Positions 37,426 through 47,610 of a stretch of DNA of 64,000 bases are shown piece by piece; the first letter of the stretch is position 1; every line of letters starts with the position of its first letter. Below the pieces are notes generated by a model that was not told the DNA's origin, made no database searches, and worked only from the letters and a program-made list of their open reading frames with translations. The stretch comes from Actinomycetes bacterium (GTDB taxonomy: Bacteria; Planctomycetota; Phycisphaerae; JAACET01): positions 26,516 through 90,515 of the forward strand of contig JAUXAG010000011.1 in the NCBI GenBank assembly GCA_030614915.1, read 5' to 3'. The position numbers and the translations under genes were made by a program.

Positions 37426-37532
37426 AATCAAGTATTGATTTGACTGGCCGCCCTATTTAGCTATAATATACCTTGCCCCGCCTCGTTGTACGTGGCGGCC
37501 GTTGATTTGGCGGTATTGTCCTTTGGTGATTT

Positions 37533-37763
37533 ATGCCCATTTACGAATACATCTGCAACGATTGTGGACAGGCTTTTGACAAGCTTCTATTTAGCGCCGC
37601 AACCACGGCCAAGGTCGCCTGCCCTCATTGCGGCTCCAAGAAAACCACCAAGCAGCTCTCGACCATAAACGTCGGGTCATCCACCCCCGAGCCCTGCAAG
37701 GCCTGCCCGGCTCCGGGCCCAACTGGAACCTGCCCCGCCGGCGGTATGTGTAGCCAATTCTGA
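37533..37763 (+). CDS. FmdB-family zinc-ribbon regulatory protein (CxxC-x-CxxC)
   Basis: MPIYEYICNDCGQAF...CPHCGS matches the FmdB family N-terminal consensus MPIYEY.C..CG..FE. Confidence 0.7.
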   Translation: MPIYEYICNDCGQAFDKLLFSAATTAKVACPHCGSKKTTKQLSTINVGSSTPEPCKACPAPGPTGTCPAGGMCSQF

Positions 37764-37779
37764 ACAGACCAACAAATGT

Positions 37780-39075
37780 TTATTCCGTTACGCGCTGGAT
37801 TCGCGCCCCCAGGGCGTTGAGTTTCTCCTCGATGCGTTGATAGCCGCGGTCTATGTGATATACTCGGCGGACCTCGGTAGTGCCCTCGGCTACCAACCCA
37901 GCCAACACCAACGCGGCGCTGGCTCGTAAGTCCGAGGCCATCACCGGTGCCCCCACCAGTTTTTTGACTCCGCAAACCACCACGGCTGGGCCCTGCTTGC
38001 GCAACTGGGCTCCCATTCGCCCCAGCTCGCCCACGTGCATGAAGCGGTCTGGAAACACCTTGTCGGTCACTACGCTGTTGCCGTCAGCCAAGCAGAGCAT
38101 AGCCAGCAATTGGGCCTGCAAATCCGTCGGAAACCCCGGATACGGCTGCGTCGTCACATCTATCGCCCTGAGCTTGCGACCCGTCTTGACTACCACCGCA
38201 CCAGCTTTCCCATGTCCGCCGCCGCTGATCTTTTCCACCGTAACCCCGACCAGCCGCAGATTAGCCGTTACCGCCATCATATGATCCAGCTGACAATTCT
38301 TGATCGTAACCTCACCTCTGGTCATACCCGCGGCAATCATAAACGTCCCCGCTTCTATCCGATCCGGGATCAGCGTATGCTCAGCCCCGCCCAGCCGCCT
38401 GACACCTTCGATCCTGATCCTTGGCGAGCCCTGCCCGCTGATCCTCGCGCCCATCTTGTTAAGAAAATCAGCCAAATCCACGATCTCCGGCTCACAGGCA
38501 GCCGACTCGATCACCGTTACCTCCTTAGCCAGACAAGCTGCGCTCATCACGTTAGCCGTGGCCAGCACGCTTGAGCCGAACGGCCCGCCCAGGAACAGCT
38601 CCCGCCCTTTCAATCGTCCAGCTCGCAGAGAGATATTCCCCCCCCTGGTCAGTCTGTACTGGGCACCCATAGCTCGCAGTCCTTGAAGGTGCAGGTCGAT
38701 TGGCCGATCCCCTATGGCGCAGCCGCCCGGCTGAGAGATCAAGGCCTTGCCTCGCTTGGCTACCAGAGGACCCATCACACAGATGCTGGCTCGCATCTGA
38801 CGCACCAGGTCATACCGGGCCAAGTGTTTCGATTCATCCTCCACCTGGACCCGCAAAGTGAACGGATCATTCTCATCCCGTTGGACCTTCACCCCCAGCT
38901 CGCCCAGCAGTCTGCTCAGCCGGATGATATCCACCAATCTGGGCACGCCGTGGATCACCGACTCTTCATTGGTCATCAGGCACGCTGCCAGGATCGGCAA
39001 ACAGGCGTTCTTTGAGCCGCTGACTGTAACCTCTCCCCTGAGCTTCGTTCCGCCTTCGACTATCAGTTTATCCAT
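37780..39075 (-). CDS. murA: UDP-N-acetylglucosamine 1-carboxyvinyltransferase
   Basis: MDKLIVEGGTKLRGEVTVSGSKNA N-terminus; 431 aa EPSP-synthase fold. Confidence 0.95.
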   Translation of the reverse strand: MDKLIVEGGTKLRGEVTVSGSKNACLPILAACLMTNEESVIHGVPRLVDIIRLSRLLGELGVKVQRDENDPFTLRVQVEDESKHLARYDLVRQMRASICVMGPLVAKRGKALISQPGGCAIGDRPIDLHLQGLRAMGAQYRLTRGGNISLRAGRLKGRELFLGGPFGSSVLATANVMSAACLAKEVTVIESAACEPEIVDLADFLNKMGARISGQGSPRIRIEGVRRLGGAEHTLIPDRIEAGTFMIAAGMTRGEVTIKNCQLDHMMAVTANLRLVGVTVEKISGGGHGKAGAVVVKTGRKLRAIDVTTQPYPGFPTDLQAQLLAMLCLADGNSVVTDKVFPDRFMHVGELGRMGAQLRKQGPAVVVCGVKKLVGAPVMASDLRASAALVLAGLVAEGTTEVRRVYHIDRGYQRIEEKLNALGARIQRVTE

Positions 39076-39169
39076 CCGTCTTACTCCCGCTTTACTCAGA
39101 CCTCTCGCATCACGCCTCAGACCTTACTACTCTGCGAAGCGGCGCTTCGCTGCGAAGCACGAGCAGGCC

Positions 39170-40072
39170 TCAAGCCTTTTTCTCCCCGATTACCACTCGT
39201 TCGTGTCCTTGCAAGTCCCGCACCGTCCGCACTTCGCTCAGATAGCCGGATTGCTCCAGCAGCCCTCGCGCCGCCTGGGCCTGTTCGTGTCCCAGTTCCA
39301 TTAGCAGCTTGCCCCGCTCTGCCAGATAGCCCTCGGCTCCATCGACAATTCTTCGATGCACCGCCAGGGCCTCGTCCCTCCCCAGCAGCGCCACTCGAGG
39401 CTCGTACTCGCGAACCTCGCGGGGCAAGTCCGGTATTTCTTCGGGCGATATGTACGGCGGATTGGAAACGATAAAGTCAAAACCGCCCGGACGCTTGCCC
39501 TCCTCGCTCAGGGCTTCAAACAGATCTCCTTGGACGAATCTAATACGTTCGCCAAGTTTGTGCTTCTGGGCATTGTCTTTAGCCACCGCCAGGGCCGACC
39601 CGGATATGTCCGTAGCCACCACCTCGGCGTGGGGCAAATTCTTAGCCAAGGCAATAGCTACGCAGCCCGAGCCTGTGCCTATTTCCAGTATCCCCGGATT
39701 GGCAAAGTGGCTGGTTCGGCAGATATTGATCATCTGTTCTACCAGCAGTTCCGTTTCCGGCCGGGGTATCAGAACGTCCGGGTTCACCGAAAATTCCAGC
39801 GAGTAGAAATAGGCCTTGCCCGTCAGATAGCCCACCGGAACCTGCTCGGCTCTAAGTTTTACCAGTTCCCGAAAGCGGGCCACCACCAGCTCCGGCACCG
39901 GCTGCTCGAAGCTGGTATAGAGTTGAATTCGCTCGCACCCCAGGGCATGGGACAGCAGCAACTCAACCGACAAACGGGCTCCCTCTACGCCTTTGTCCTC
40001 CAGATAGCCCCGCGACTTCTCCAGAAGCCGCCCCACAGTCCAGACCTGCTTTAGCTTGCGTTGGCCCGACAC
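39170..40072 (-). CDS. prmC: Release factor glutamine N5-methyltransferase (HemK/PrmC)
   Basis: VSNPPY catalytic motif; SAM-binding LEIGTGSGC. Confidence 0.85.
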   Translation of the reverse strand: MSGQRKLKQVWTVGRLLEKSRGYLEDKGVEGARLSVELLLSHALGCERIQLYTSFEQPVPELVVARFRELVKLRAEQVPVGYLTGKAYFYSLEFSVNPDVLIPRPETELLVEQMINICRTSHFANPGILEIGTGSGCVAIALAKNLPHAEVVATDISGSALAVAKDNAQKHKLGERIRFVQGDLFEALSEEGKRPGGFDFIVSNPPYISPEEIPDLPREVREYEPRVALLGRDEALAVHRRIVDGAEGYLAERGKLLMELGHEQAQAARGLLEQSGYLSEVRTVRDLQGHERVVIGEKKA

Positions 40073-40259
40073 ACCGCACCTGTCCCGTCAAAAAGTGTGT
40101 ATGACATACCTCGCCCCCTCGCTACTATCAGATAACATATTAGCTGGCCAATGGCAAGGCAAAGCCGTGTCCAGCCCTCGGGCCAATCCCGCTCCGACCA
40201 GTCTTCATTCCTCCTCAAGACCGGCGCCGTCCCTGGCAGTGGCGTCTAACAAGGCCCAT

Positions 40260-42077
40260 TCAAAACGGCAGTTTCGCCCTTGGAAAACTAATCTCCTCGC
40301 CAACGGCCGGCGGAACGAACGGCTCGAAATGATCGTCCTTCCATCTTAGCCAGCGCAATGAAGGGTCTTCCAAAGAAACCCCAAACCGGAAACTAGCCTC
40401 CATTACTCGGCCATCATCGCTCAATTCCGTTACTTCAACAGTCATCCCGCTTAGCTCGATCCGTTCGCCCAGGGCCAGGGGGTGATCTGTACTTCGGAAC
40501 ATTTTATCGAACCACCGCCCTAAATATCCCCTCTTCAGACGTACAAGCAGTGTTTGGGCGTCTGGCCGACGGATTGTCTGTCTGGATAAAGCCGATGCAA
40601 GGGTCCTCATTCGGCGAGGAAGCGGTTGTTCGTTCACCGCTCTGGCGCTCAACATGTACAGCAGATGGCCGGGCGCAGGATGGTTCAGAAAAATCAGGTC
40701 CTGTTTCTCAATCGAAGAATCCATCTTGCCGAGCCCATGACAACTCTCCAGGAAGTACTGCGGGCCCATCGGCCACTTCGCACGCACATACAGCAGTACC
40801 GGCGAGCCCAGCACGTGGATTACTACAAGTACTATCGCCAGCAGGACCGTCGGGACCCGTCGGCTCAGTGCGTAATTATCCCGCAGCTGCACGCTTTTAA
40901 ACACCCAGCTCAGATACTCGCTCAGCAAGCCCATCGCACCGATACCGACGAAGAAGAGCTGCCGATCCTGCGGACTGCTCGCACATGGGGCAATGCTGGC
41001 CAGGATCATTCCCAACACCCAGAAACGAGCTACTCGGCTTGCCTTGAGCAGAGGACGAAACAGCACTGCCAATAGTACTAGTACCATCACGCCGATTAGC
41101 CAAACCCAGTGCAGGTTCTGCGGAGAAAAAATACTGAATTCCCCCGGAGGAATTGCCCACTGTCCCAGCAGCAAAATCGGCACGCGCACAGGCAGCACAA
41201 ACAAGAAGCCAAGCGGATCCGCCAGCGGATCCGTATAGATGCCCACCCCTTCGACCCCGTAGCCTTGGTACCACCAGAGTACTCGCCAGACACACACCAC
41301 CAGCACATACGGCATCAGCCCCTTGAGTCTTTGCCCGGCAGGCCCACGATCCAGCACAAGCGCATAACCCAGCAGATAGGCGCAAATGCCGATACCGGCC
41401 TCAGCCGACAGCAAACTCATGCCTAAAAGAATCGGCCCCAACGCCGCACCGGCTCGCCAATTATCTCGCCGCCAGCGATCCTGAGCGAGCAGGGCAAGAA
41501 CCCCAAACAACGTGGCCAATAGTGCGTTGCGGTTAGCCAAAAAACCCACCGCCGTGCCGTGCGAATCATCAAGGGCGTAGAGCAGCCCCGCCAATCCAGC
41601 TGCCGCAGCCACGCCCATGAATCGCCGGTATAGCACTGTTGTGCAGCCTATCAGTGCTCCAAACCATAGCAGGCTCTGAGCGTGCATCAGTCCCGCCCGA
41701 TTAGGCCAGAGCCAATAGTCCAACACATGTGTCATAGCAGCCAAGGGCCGCCAGAATGCCCATCGAATTTTCGGATACGTCCACCACGGAATCCAGCCGG
41801 CGTCCATCATCCGTTCGGTCCGTGCTGCATCCCCATCGAAGAATCGCCATATATCCGGCGGGACGGGTAGCAGCTCACCATACTCGCTCGAACCCATCAT
41901 CGCCCAGCGTTGCAGGTGATCTTCCAGGATCCACCCCACCCCCAGCGACGGCAGGGCAAGGCCCATTGCCAGTATTGCCAGTACAATCGGCAAATACCGC
42001 CAAGTCAACACCGCATCCAGCAACCCCGCCAGACCACCGTCAAGCCCTGTTGCCTGAACCTCTGCCTTCATTTGCAT
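40260..42077 (-). CDS. Polytopic membrane protein (>=10 TM) with C-terminal soluble domain; possible GT-C-fold glycosyltransferase; paralogue A
   Basis: About 50-55% identical to the adjacent gene. Conserved YA(L/I)DD(S/A)HG acidic motif in the first predicted extracytoplasmic loop, as in GT-C enzymes. Family not identified. Confidence 0.55.
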   Translation of the reverse strand: MQMKAEVQATGLDGGLAGLLDAVLTWRYLPIVLAILAMGLALPSLGVGWILEDHLQRWAMMGSSEYGELLPVPPDIWRFFDGDAARTERMMDAGWIPWWTYPKIRWAFWRPLAAMTHVLDYWLWPNRAGLMHAQSLLWFGALIGCTTVLYRRFMGVAAAAGLAGLLYALDDSHGTAVGFLANRNALLATLFGVLALLAQDRWRRDNWRAGAALGPILLGMSLLSAEAGIGICAYLLGYALVLDRGPAGQRLKGLMPYVLVVCVWRVLWWYQGYGVEGVGIYTDPLADPLGFLFVLPVRVPILLLGQWAIPPGEFSIFSPQNLHWVWLIGVMVLVLLAVLFRPLLKASRVARFWVLGMILASIAPCASSPQDRQLFFVGIGAMGLLSEYLSWVFKSVQLRDNYALSRRVPTVLLAIVLVVIHVLGSPVLLYVRAKWPMGPQYFLESCHGLGKMDSSIEKQDLIFLNHPAPGHLLYMLSARAVNEQPLPRRMRTLASALSRQTIRRPDAQTLLVRLKRGYLGRWFDKMFRSTDHPLALGERIELSGMTVEVTELSDDGRVMEASFRFGVSLEDPSLRWLRWKDDHFEPFVPPAVGEEISFPRAKLPF

Positions 42078-42133
42078 TTCCCGGACAAATCGGGCTGATA
42101 CCCAAGAAAGTTTAATTCACAACAGCTAGATTA

Positions 42134-43951
42134 TCAGTGCTGAAGCTCTATCGTTTCTCCAATGGCCGGTGGGACGAATGGCTTGAACTGGTGATCCTCC
42201 CAGTAGATCCAGCGCAACGAAGAATCTTCTAAAGGAACCGCAAATCGAAAGGTAGCCTCCGCCGGTCGGCCATCATCCGTCAATTCTGTTACCGTAACGG
42301 TCATCCCTGTCAGTTTGACCTGCTCTCCCAGGGCCATGGGGTGGTTTTTGCCTCGGAAGAGTTGGTCGCACCAGCCTAGATATCCGCCTAGATATCCGTA
42401 TTTGGGACGGATGGTGAGTGTTTGGACATCAGGACGGTGTATTAGCACTGATGGTATCGCTGGGGCGAGAACTCTCATATGGCGTGGCACCGGCTGGTCA
42501 TTCAACTCCCTCATGCAAAGCAGAAAAATAGTGGCTAACGCTGCGGGCTGATTGACGATGACCACGTCCTGCTCTTCAACCGCCCCACCGGCCATGCACT
42601 GAGCGTAGTAATCTTTATCAGGAGTCCATGGACCAAAAGAGTACGCTGCGCGAAGTGGCAGAAGAATTGGGGCCGCGATCATATGAACAAGCACCAGGAC
42701 TAGTGCAAAGGAGACAGTAGCGAAACGCCGAATTAGATTACGTGGCTTGAGAGCTGATGCGCCAAACAGATCGGCCAATAATTGTGCCAGTAATCCCATC
42801 GCCCCGATGCCCACGAAGAACAGAAGACGATCCCAGGCCAACGTCGCGCAGGCAGGAACCACAGCCAGTAGCATTGCCAATGCCCAAAAGCGTGCCAGCC
42901 GACTGCGTCGAAGTAAGGGGACTAATATGGTGCCGATCAACAGGACAATAGCCAGAGCATACAACCACATAGTCGTTGCGTGTCTGGATGTGAGAGTTAT
43001 TAGACTGCCGATTTCCGCGGGAGGCAAAAACCATTGGCCCATCAACAGAAGAGGAGCATATTTGAGAGCTGATCCTGCAAAACGGGTTGGGTCATTTATG
43101 GGATCGATATACCAGCCCATACCCTCGACGCCATAACCCAATTGTGTCCAGCTAATCCGCCAGACGAGGACAACGGCAACGTACGGGACCAGCGTTGCTA
43201 ATCGCCGGCTCCAAGAGCCGCGATCCAGAATAAGCGCATAAGCCACCAAGTACGCGCAGATTCCAACGCCGATTTCAGCCGAGAGCAGGGCTGCCGTCAG
43301 AAGAATTGGGCCCAGAATCGCACCGGCTCGCCAACCGTCCCGCCGCCATCGATCGTGAGCGACCAGGGCAAGAACCCCAAACAACGTGGCCAATACTGCG
43401 TTGCGATTGGCCAAGAAACCTACCGGGATGCCATGGGCGTCATCAATGGCGTAGAGAAGCCCCGCTAATCCCGCTATCCATGTGAAACCCATAAATCTTC
43501 GATACAACAACGCCACAGCCGTTACCAGTAGACCGAACCACACAATGCTTTGAGCATGCATCAAAGCAGGGCTCTCAGGCCAAATTTGGTAGTCCAGCCA
43601 GTGAGTTATCGCTGTCAAAGGACGCCAGAATGCTCCTTTTATCTCTTTGAAAGTCCACCAGGGCAGGAAGCCGTGGTCCATCATATGAGCAGTATGTTCT
43701 GGATTACCGTCAATGAATCGAAAGATGTCCAGGGGGGAGTGTACAAACTCGCTGACGCTGCCCCCGCCAAGTATTACGCTACGATGGAGATAGTCGTCCA
43801 TGAACCACCCCACATTCAGCGACGGAAGGACAAGGGCCATCGCCAGTATGGCCAGCCCAATCGGCAAATACCGCCAAGTCAACACCGCGCGCAAAAACCT
43901 CGCCAGAGCACCGCTAGGCCCCGTTTTCTGAACGTCTGCTCTCATTTGCAT
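42134..43951 (-). CDS. Polytopic membrane protein, paralogue B of 40260..42077
   Basis: Same length (605 aa); collinear N-termini MQMRADVQKTG / MQMKAEVQATG. Confidence 0.55.
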   Translation of the reverse strand: MQMRADVQKTGPSGALARFLRAVLTWRYLPIGLAILAMALVLPSLNVGWFMDDYLHRSVILGGGSVSEFVHSPLDIFRFIDGNPEHTAHMMDHGFLPWWTFKEIKGAFWRPLTAITHWLDYQIWPESPALMHAQSIVWFGLLVTAVALLYRRFMGFTWIAGLAGLLYAIDDAHGIPVGFLANRNAVLATLFGVLALVAHDRWRRDGWRAGAILGPILLTAALLSAEIGVGICAYLVAYALILDRGSWSRRLATLVPYVAVVLVWRISWTQLGYGVEGMGWYIDPINDPTRFAGSALKYAPLLLMGQWFLPPAEIGSLITLTSRHATTMWLYALAIVLLIGTILVPLLRRSRLARFWALAMLLAVVPACATLAWDRLLFFVGIGAMGLLAQLLADLFGASALKPRNLIRRFATVSFALVLVLVHMIAAPILLPLRAAYSFGPWTPDKDYYAQCMAGGAVEEQDVVIVNQPAALATIFLLCMRELNDQPVPRHMRVLAPAIPSVLIHRPDVQTLTIRPKYGYLGGYLGWCDQLFRGKNHPMALGEQVKLTGMTVTVTELTDDGRPAEATFRFAVPLEDSSLRWIYWEDHQFKPFVPPAIGETIELQH

Positions 43952-44156
43952 TTCCTGGATGAATTACACAGCAGCGTGCTCTTCCCACTGCAGTTAATGA
44001 TAGCAGTCGCCACCTTTCCCGTCAACGAGCCATTCATCTGGCGTGCTGTGTGTTGCCGTTTTGCACACCTATCAGGATTATTGCTGGAAAACGAGGCAAG
44101 ATCAGGCTATTCTATGGCCTCCAAGATGAGGCAATATTCGCAGAGTCGAGGCATCC

Positions 44157-47100
44157 ATGTTTGAGAAAGTAAAATCCCCTTGCGATTTCATCGCCGCCGA
44201 GCACCAGGTTCTGAAGTTCTGGCAGGAGACGGACGCCTTCGAGAAGCTCCGCGCCAAGAACCGCGGCAAAGAGCCCTGGTCCTTCCTGGACGGCCCCATC
44301 ACCGCCAACAACCCCATGGGCGTGCACCATGCCTGGGGCCGAACCCTCAAGGACGTCTTCCAACGCTACTTCGCCATGACCGGCCACGAGCTCCGCTACC
44401 AGAACGGCTTCGACTGCCAGGGCCTCTGGGTCGAGGTCGAAGTCGAAAAGGAGCTCGGCTTCACGTCCAAGAAAGATATCGAAGCCTACGGCCTGGACCG
44501 CTTCGTCGAAAAATGCAAGCAGCGGGTCCGAAAATTCTCCCAGGTCCAGACCGACCAATCCGTCCGCATGGGCTACTGGATGGACTGGTCCGACTCCTAT
44601 TTCACCATGAGCGACGAGAACAACTACACCATCTGGGCCTTCCTCAAGAAGTGCCACGATCGCAACCTCATCTACAAGGGCACTGACGTCATGCCCTGGT
44701 GTCCGCGCTGCGGCGTCGGCCTGAGCCAGATGGAAATGCACGAGGGCTACAAATTCATCCCTCACCGCGCGGTTTTCATCCGTCTGCCCTTGCGCAACCT
44801 CGGCCCCGGCAAGCAAATCCCCACCGGCCAAAAACATTACCTGCTCGTCTGGACCACCACCTCCTGGACCCTGACCGCCAATGTGGCTTGTGCCGTGGCT
44901 AAGGATTTGACCTATCTGAAAGTCCGCGGCCCCGACGATGCCATCTACTATTTCGCCGAGGGCTGCCTCGACTATCAGCGCCTCACCGAGGACTTCAAAA
45001 GCAAGGATTGGCCTAGCAACGTCCCCAAACTCTCAACCATCAAGCACATCTTCGAGCAGCAAGGCCGCTGTGAGATCCTCGCCAAGCTGAAAGGCTCCGA
45101 GCTCCTCGGCTGGGAGTACGACGGCCCCTTCGATGAGCTGCCCGCTCAGCAAAAACCAGGCGGCCTGCCCTTCATCGACAAATCATTTGCCGAAAAAGGC
45201 GCAACCGCCGCCAATACCCATCGTATTATCCATTGGGATTCCGTCCAGGCTGGCGAAGGCAGTGGAATCGTCCACATCGCACCCGGCTGCGGACGAGAGG
45301 ACCACCAATTGGCCGTCGAGCATTCCCTGCCCTGCCTCGCACCACTGGACGAATCCGGTATTTATATCGAAGGCTTCGATTGGCTCACCGGACGAGACGC
45401 CGCCGACCATCAGCTCACCACCGAGATCATCGAAAACCTCAAAGCCAAAGGAATGATGGTTGAGCTCGAGCGCTATCCCCACCGCTATCCGCACTGCTGG
45501 CGGTGCAACACCGAGCTGCTCTACCGGCTCGTTGACGAGTGGTTCATCAGCATGAGCTGGCGCGACGAAATCATGAAAGTCGTCGACGATGTCCGCTGGA
45601 TCCCCTCCTATGGCCGGGACCGCGAAATGGATTGGCTGGCCAACATGCGCGACTGGATGATCTCCAAGAAGCGCTACTGGGGCCTGGCCCTGCCCATCTT
45701 CGAATGCACCTGTGGCCATTTCGAAGTCGTCGGCTCTCGCCAGGAACTCCAGGACCGCGCCGTCGATGGCTGGAAAGAATTCGACGGCAATTCCCCACAT
45801 CGCCCCTGGATAGACGCCGTAAAGATTCGCTGCGAAAAGTGCGGCCAAACCGTCAGCCGAATCCCCGATGTCGGCAATCCCTGGCTCGACGCCGGCATCG
45901 TCCCCTATTCCACCGTCAAGTACCATAGCGACCGCGATTACTGGAGCAAGTGGATCCCCGCCGATCTCGTCCTGGAATGTTTCCCCGGACAATTCCGCAA
46001 CTGGTTCTACGCCCTATTGGCCATGTCGGTGATGATGGAAGGCAAAGCCCCTTTCAAAACCCTCCTCGGCCACGCCCTGGTCCGTGACGAGCAAGGCCAG
46101 GAAATGCACAAGTCCCTCGGCAACTCCATCGCCTTTGAAGAAGCTGCCGAGAAGATGGGCGTTGACGTGATGCGCTGGAGTTTCTGCCGCCAAAATCCAA
46201 GTACCAATCTGAACTTCGGCTACCAGGCCGGCAACCAGATTCGCAACAAGGTCTTCAACACCTTCTGGAACGTCTACACCTTCTTTGCCAACTACGCCCG
46301 CCTGGACGGTTTTGATCCTGCCACTGCCCCAGTCCCCATCGACAAGCGTCAGGACATCGACCGCTGGCTGCTCTCTCGCCTCCACGATTTGACCGCCCTG
46401 GCCAACCGCTGCCTGGCTGATTTCGATACCTTCACTTTTCTCCGCCGGGCTGAGGTCTTCTTCGAGGACCTTTCCAATTGGTACGTACGCCGAAATCGCC
46501 GGCGCTTCTGGCGGCCACGCTCTTCGGACGACACCGACAAACTCGCCGCCTACCAGACCCTCTATCAAACTCTGACCACTCTGGCTAAGCTCCTGGCTCC
46601 GATTACCCCCTTTGTCTGCGAAACCATGTATCAGAACCTGGTCCGCTCCTTTGATTCCAGTGCCCCAGCCAGCATCCATCATTGCAATTATCCCCGCCCC
46701 CAGGACATCCCCCACGACGACACTGTCTGCCATGAAATGGACGCAGCTATCGCCGTCGTCTCCCGGGCCCTGAGTCTGCGGGAAAAGCACAGCCTGCGTG
46801 TCCGCCAGCCGCTGAAGGAGCTCATCGTAAACTCCGACGACCAGCGCACCGCCAGAGCCCTCAGTAATTTCCGCGATCATATCCTCGATGAGCTCAACGT
46901 CAAGACCCTTACCGTTACCAGCGATTTGGCCCAGCGGCAAAAGCTCAGTATCAAGGCGAATTTCAAGACCCTCGGCCCAAAGTACCACCAGGACCTCAAG
47001 GCCATCTCCGCTTGTTTAGCTCAGGCCGACCCCGCCGCCATCGCCGCCGGGGCCGAGGCCGGCCAACAGATCACCCTCGCTGCTGACGCCGGCCAATCTT

Positions 47101-47468
47101 GGACGCTCACCCCCGAGGACATCCTTATAGAAAAATCCTGGCCCGAAGGTCTAGCCGTCGCCGAGCCGCCAGGCCCCATGATTGCCCTGGACATCCAGAT
47201 CACCCCCGAACTCTTCCGCGAGGGCTTGGCTCGCGATCTGGTCCGGCACATCCAGCAGATTCGCAAGGAGATCGACCTGGAAATTCAGGACCACATCACC
47301 GTTACCTACGCCACCGACAGCCCAGAAGTCAGCCGGGCCGTCGCCGAGCACGGCCAATACATCTGCAGCGAAACCCTCTGCGACAACCTCACCCCCGGCC
47401 CCACCGACGACGGCAAGGCAATCACCATTGCTGGCCAATCCGTAACCCTCAAGGTCGGCCGAGTGTGA
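44157..47468 (+). CDS. ileS: Isoleucine--tRNA ligase (type 2 / eukaryote-like, 1103 aa)
   Basis: HIGH-region PMGVHHAWGRTLKD, KMSKS variant MHKSLGN, editing domain, zinc-binding C-terminus. Confidence 0.95.
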   Translation: MFEKVKSPCDFIAAEHQVLKFWQETDAFEKLRAKNRGKEPWSFLDGPITANNPMGVHHAWGRTLKDVFQRYFAMTGHELRYQNGFDCQGLWVEVEVEKELGFTSKKDIEAYGLDRFVEKCKQRVRKFSQVQTDQSVRMGYWMDWSDSYFTMSDENNYTIWAFLKKCHDRNLIYKGTDVMPWCPRCGVGLSQMEMHEGYKFIPHRAVFIRLPLRNLGPGKQIPTGQKHYLLVWTTTSWTLTANVACAVAKDLTYLKVRGPDDAIYYFAEGCLDYQRLTEDFKSKDWPSNVPKLSTIKHIFEQQGRCEILAKLKGSELLGWEYDGPFDELPAQQKPGGLPFIDKSFAEKGATAANTHRIIHWDSVQAGEGSGIVHIAPGCGREDHQLAVEHSLPCLAPLDESGIYIEGFDWLTGRDAADHQLTTEIIENLKAKGMMVELERYPHRYPHCWRCNTELLYRLVDEWFISMSWRDEIMKVVDDVRWIPSYGRDREMDWLANMRDWMISKKRYWGLALPIFECTCGHFEVVGSRQELQDRAVDGWKEFDGNSPHRPWIDAVKIRCEKCGQTVSRIPDVGNPWLDAGIVPYSTVKYHSDRDYWSKWIPADLVLECFPGQFRNWFYALLAMSVMMEGKAPFKTLLGHALVRDEQGQEMHKSLGNSIAFEEAAEKMGVDVMRWSFCRQNPSTNLNFGYQAGNQIRNKVFNTFWNVYTFFANYARLDGFDPATAPVPIDKRQDIDRWLLSRLHDLTALANRCLADFDTFTFLRRAEVFFEDLSNWYVRRNRRRFWRPRSSDDTDKLAAYQTLYQTLTTLAKLLAPITPFVCETMYQNLVRSFDSSAPASIHHCNYPRPQDIPHDDTVCHEMDAAIAVVSRALSLREKHSLRVRQPLKELIVNSDDQRTARALSNFRDHILDELNVKTLTVTSDLAQRQKLSIKANFKTLGPKYHQDLKAISACLAQADPAAIAAGAEAGQQITLAADAGQSWTLTPEDILIEKSWPEGLAVAEPPGPMIALDIQITPELFREGLARDLVRHIQQIRKEIDLEIQDHITVTYATDSPEVSRAVAEHGQYICSETLCDNLTPGPTDDGKAITIAGQSVTLKVGRV

Positions 47469-47477
47469 GATACTACA

Positions 47478-47535
47478 GTCTGTCATTCCCGCGCAGGCGG
47501 GCTTATCACTGCTTTGGCGGTAATCCATCTTTGTT
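47478..47535. repeat. REP-like hairpin repeat family A followed by T-rich tract (likely ileS terminator)
   Basis: tctgtcattcccgcgcaggcgggcttatcactgctttggcggtaatccatctttgtttgttattttttgt. Confidence 0.55.
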
Positions 47536-47610
47536 TGTTATTTTTTGTCTGTTTTCTTCCTTCGTGTTCTTCGTGCTTATCAGAATCGATCAGTTTGAGG
47601 AATTAGAAAA

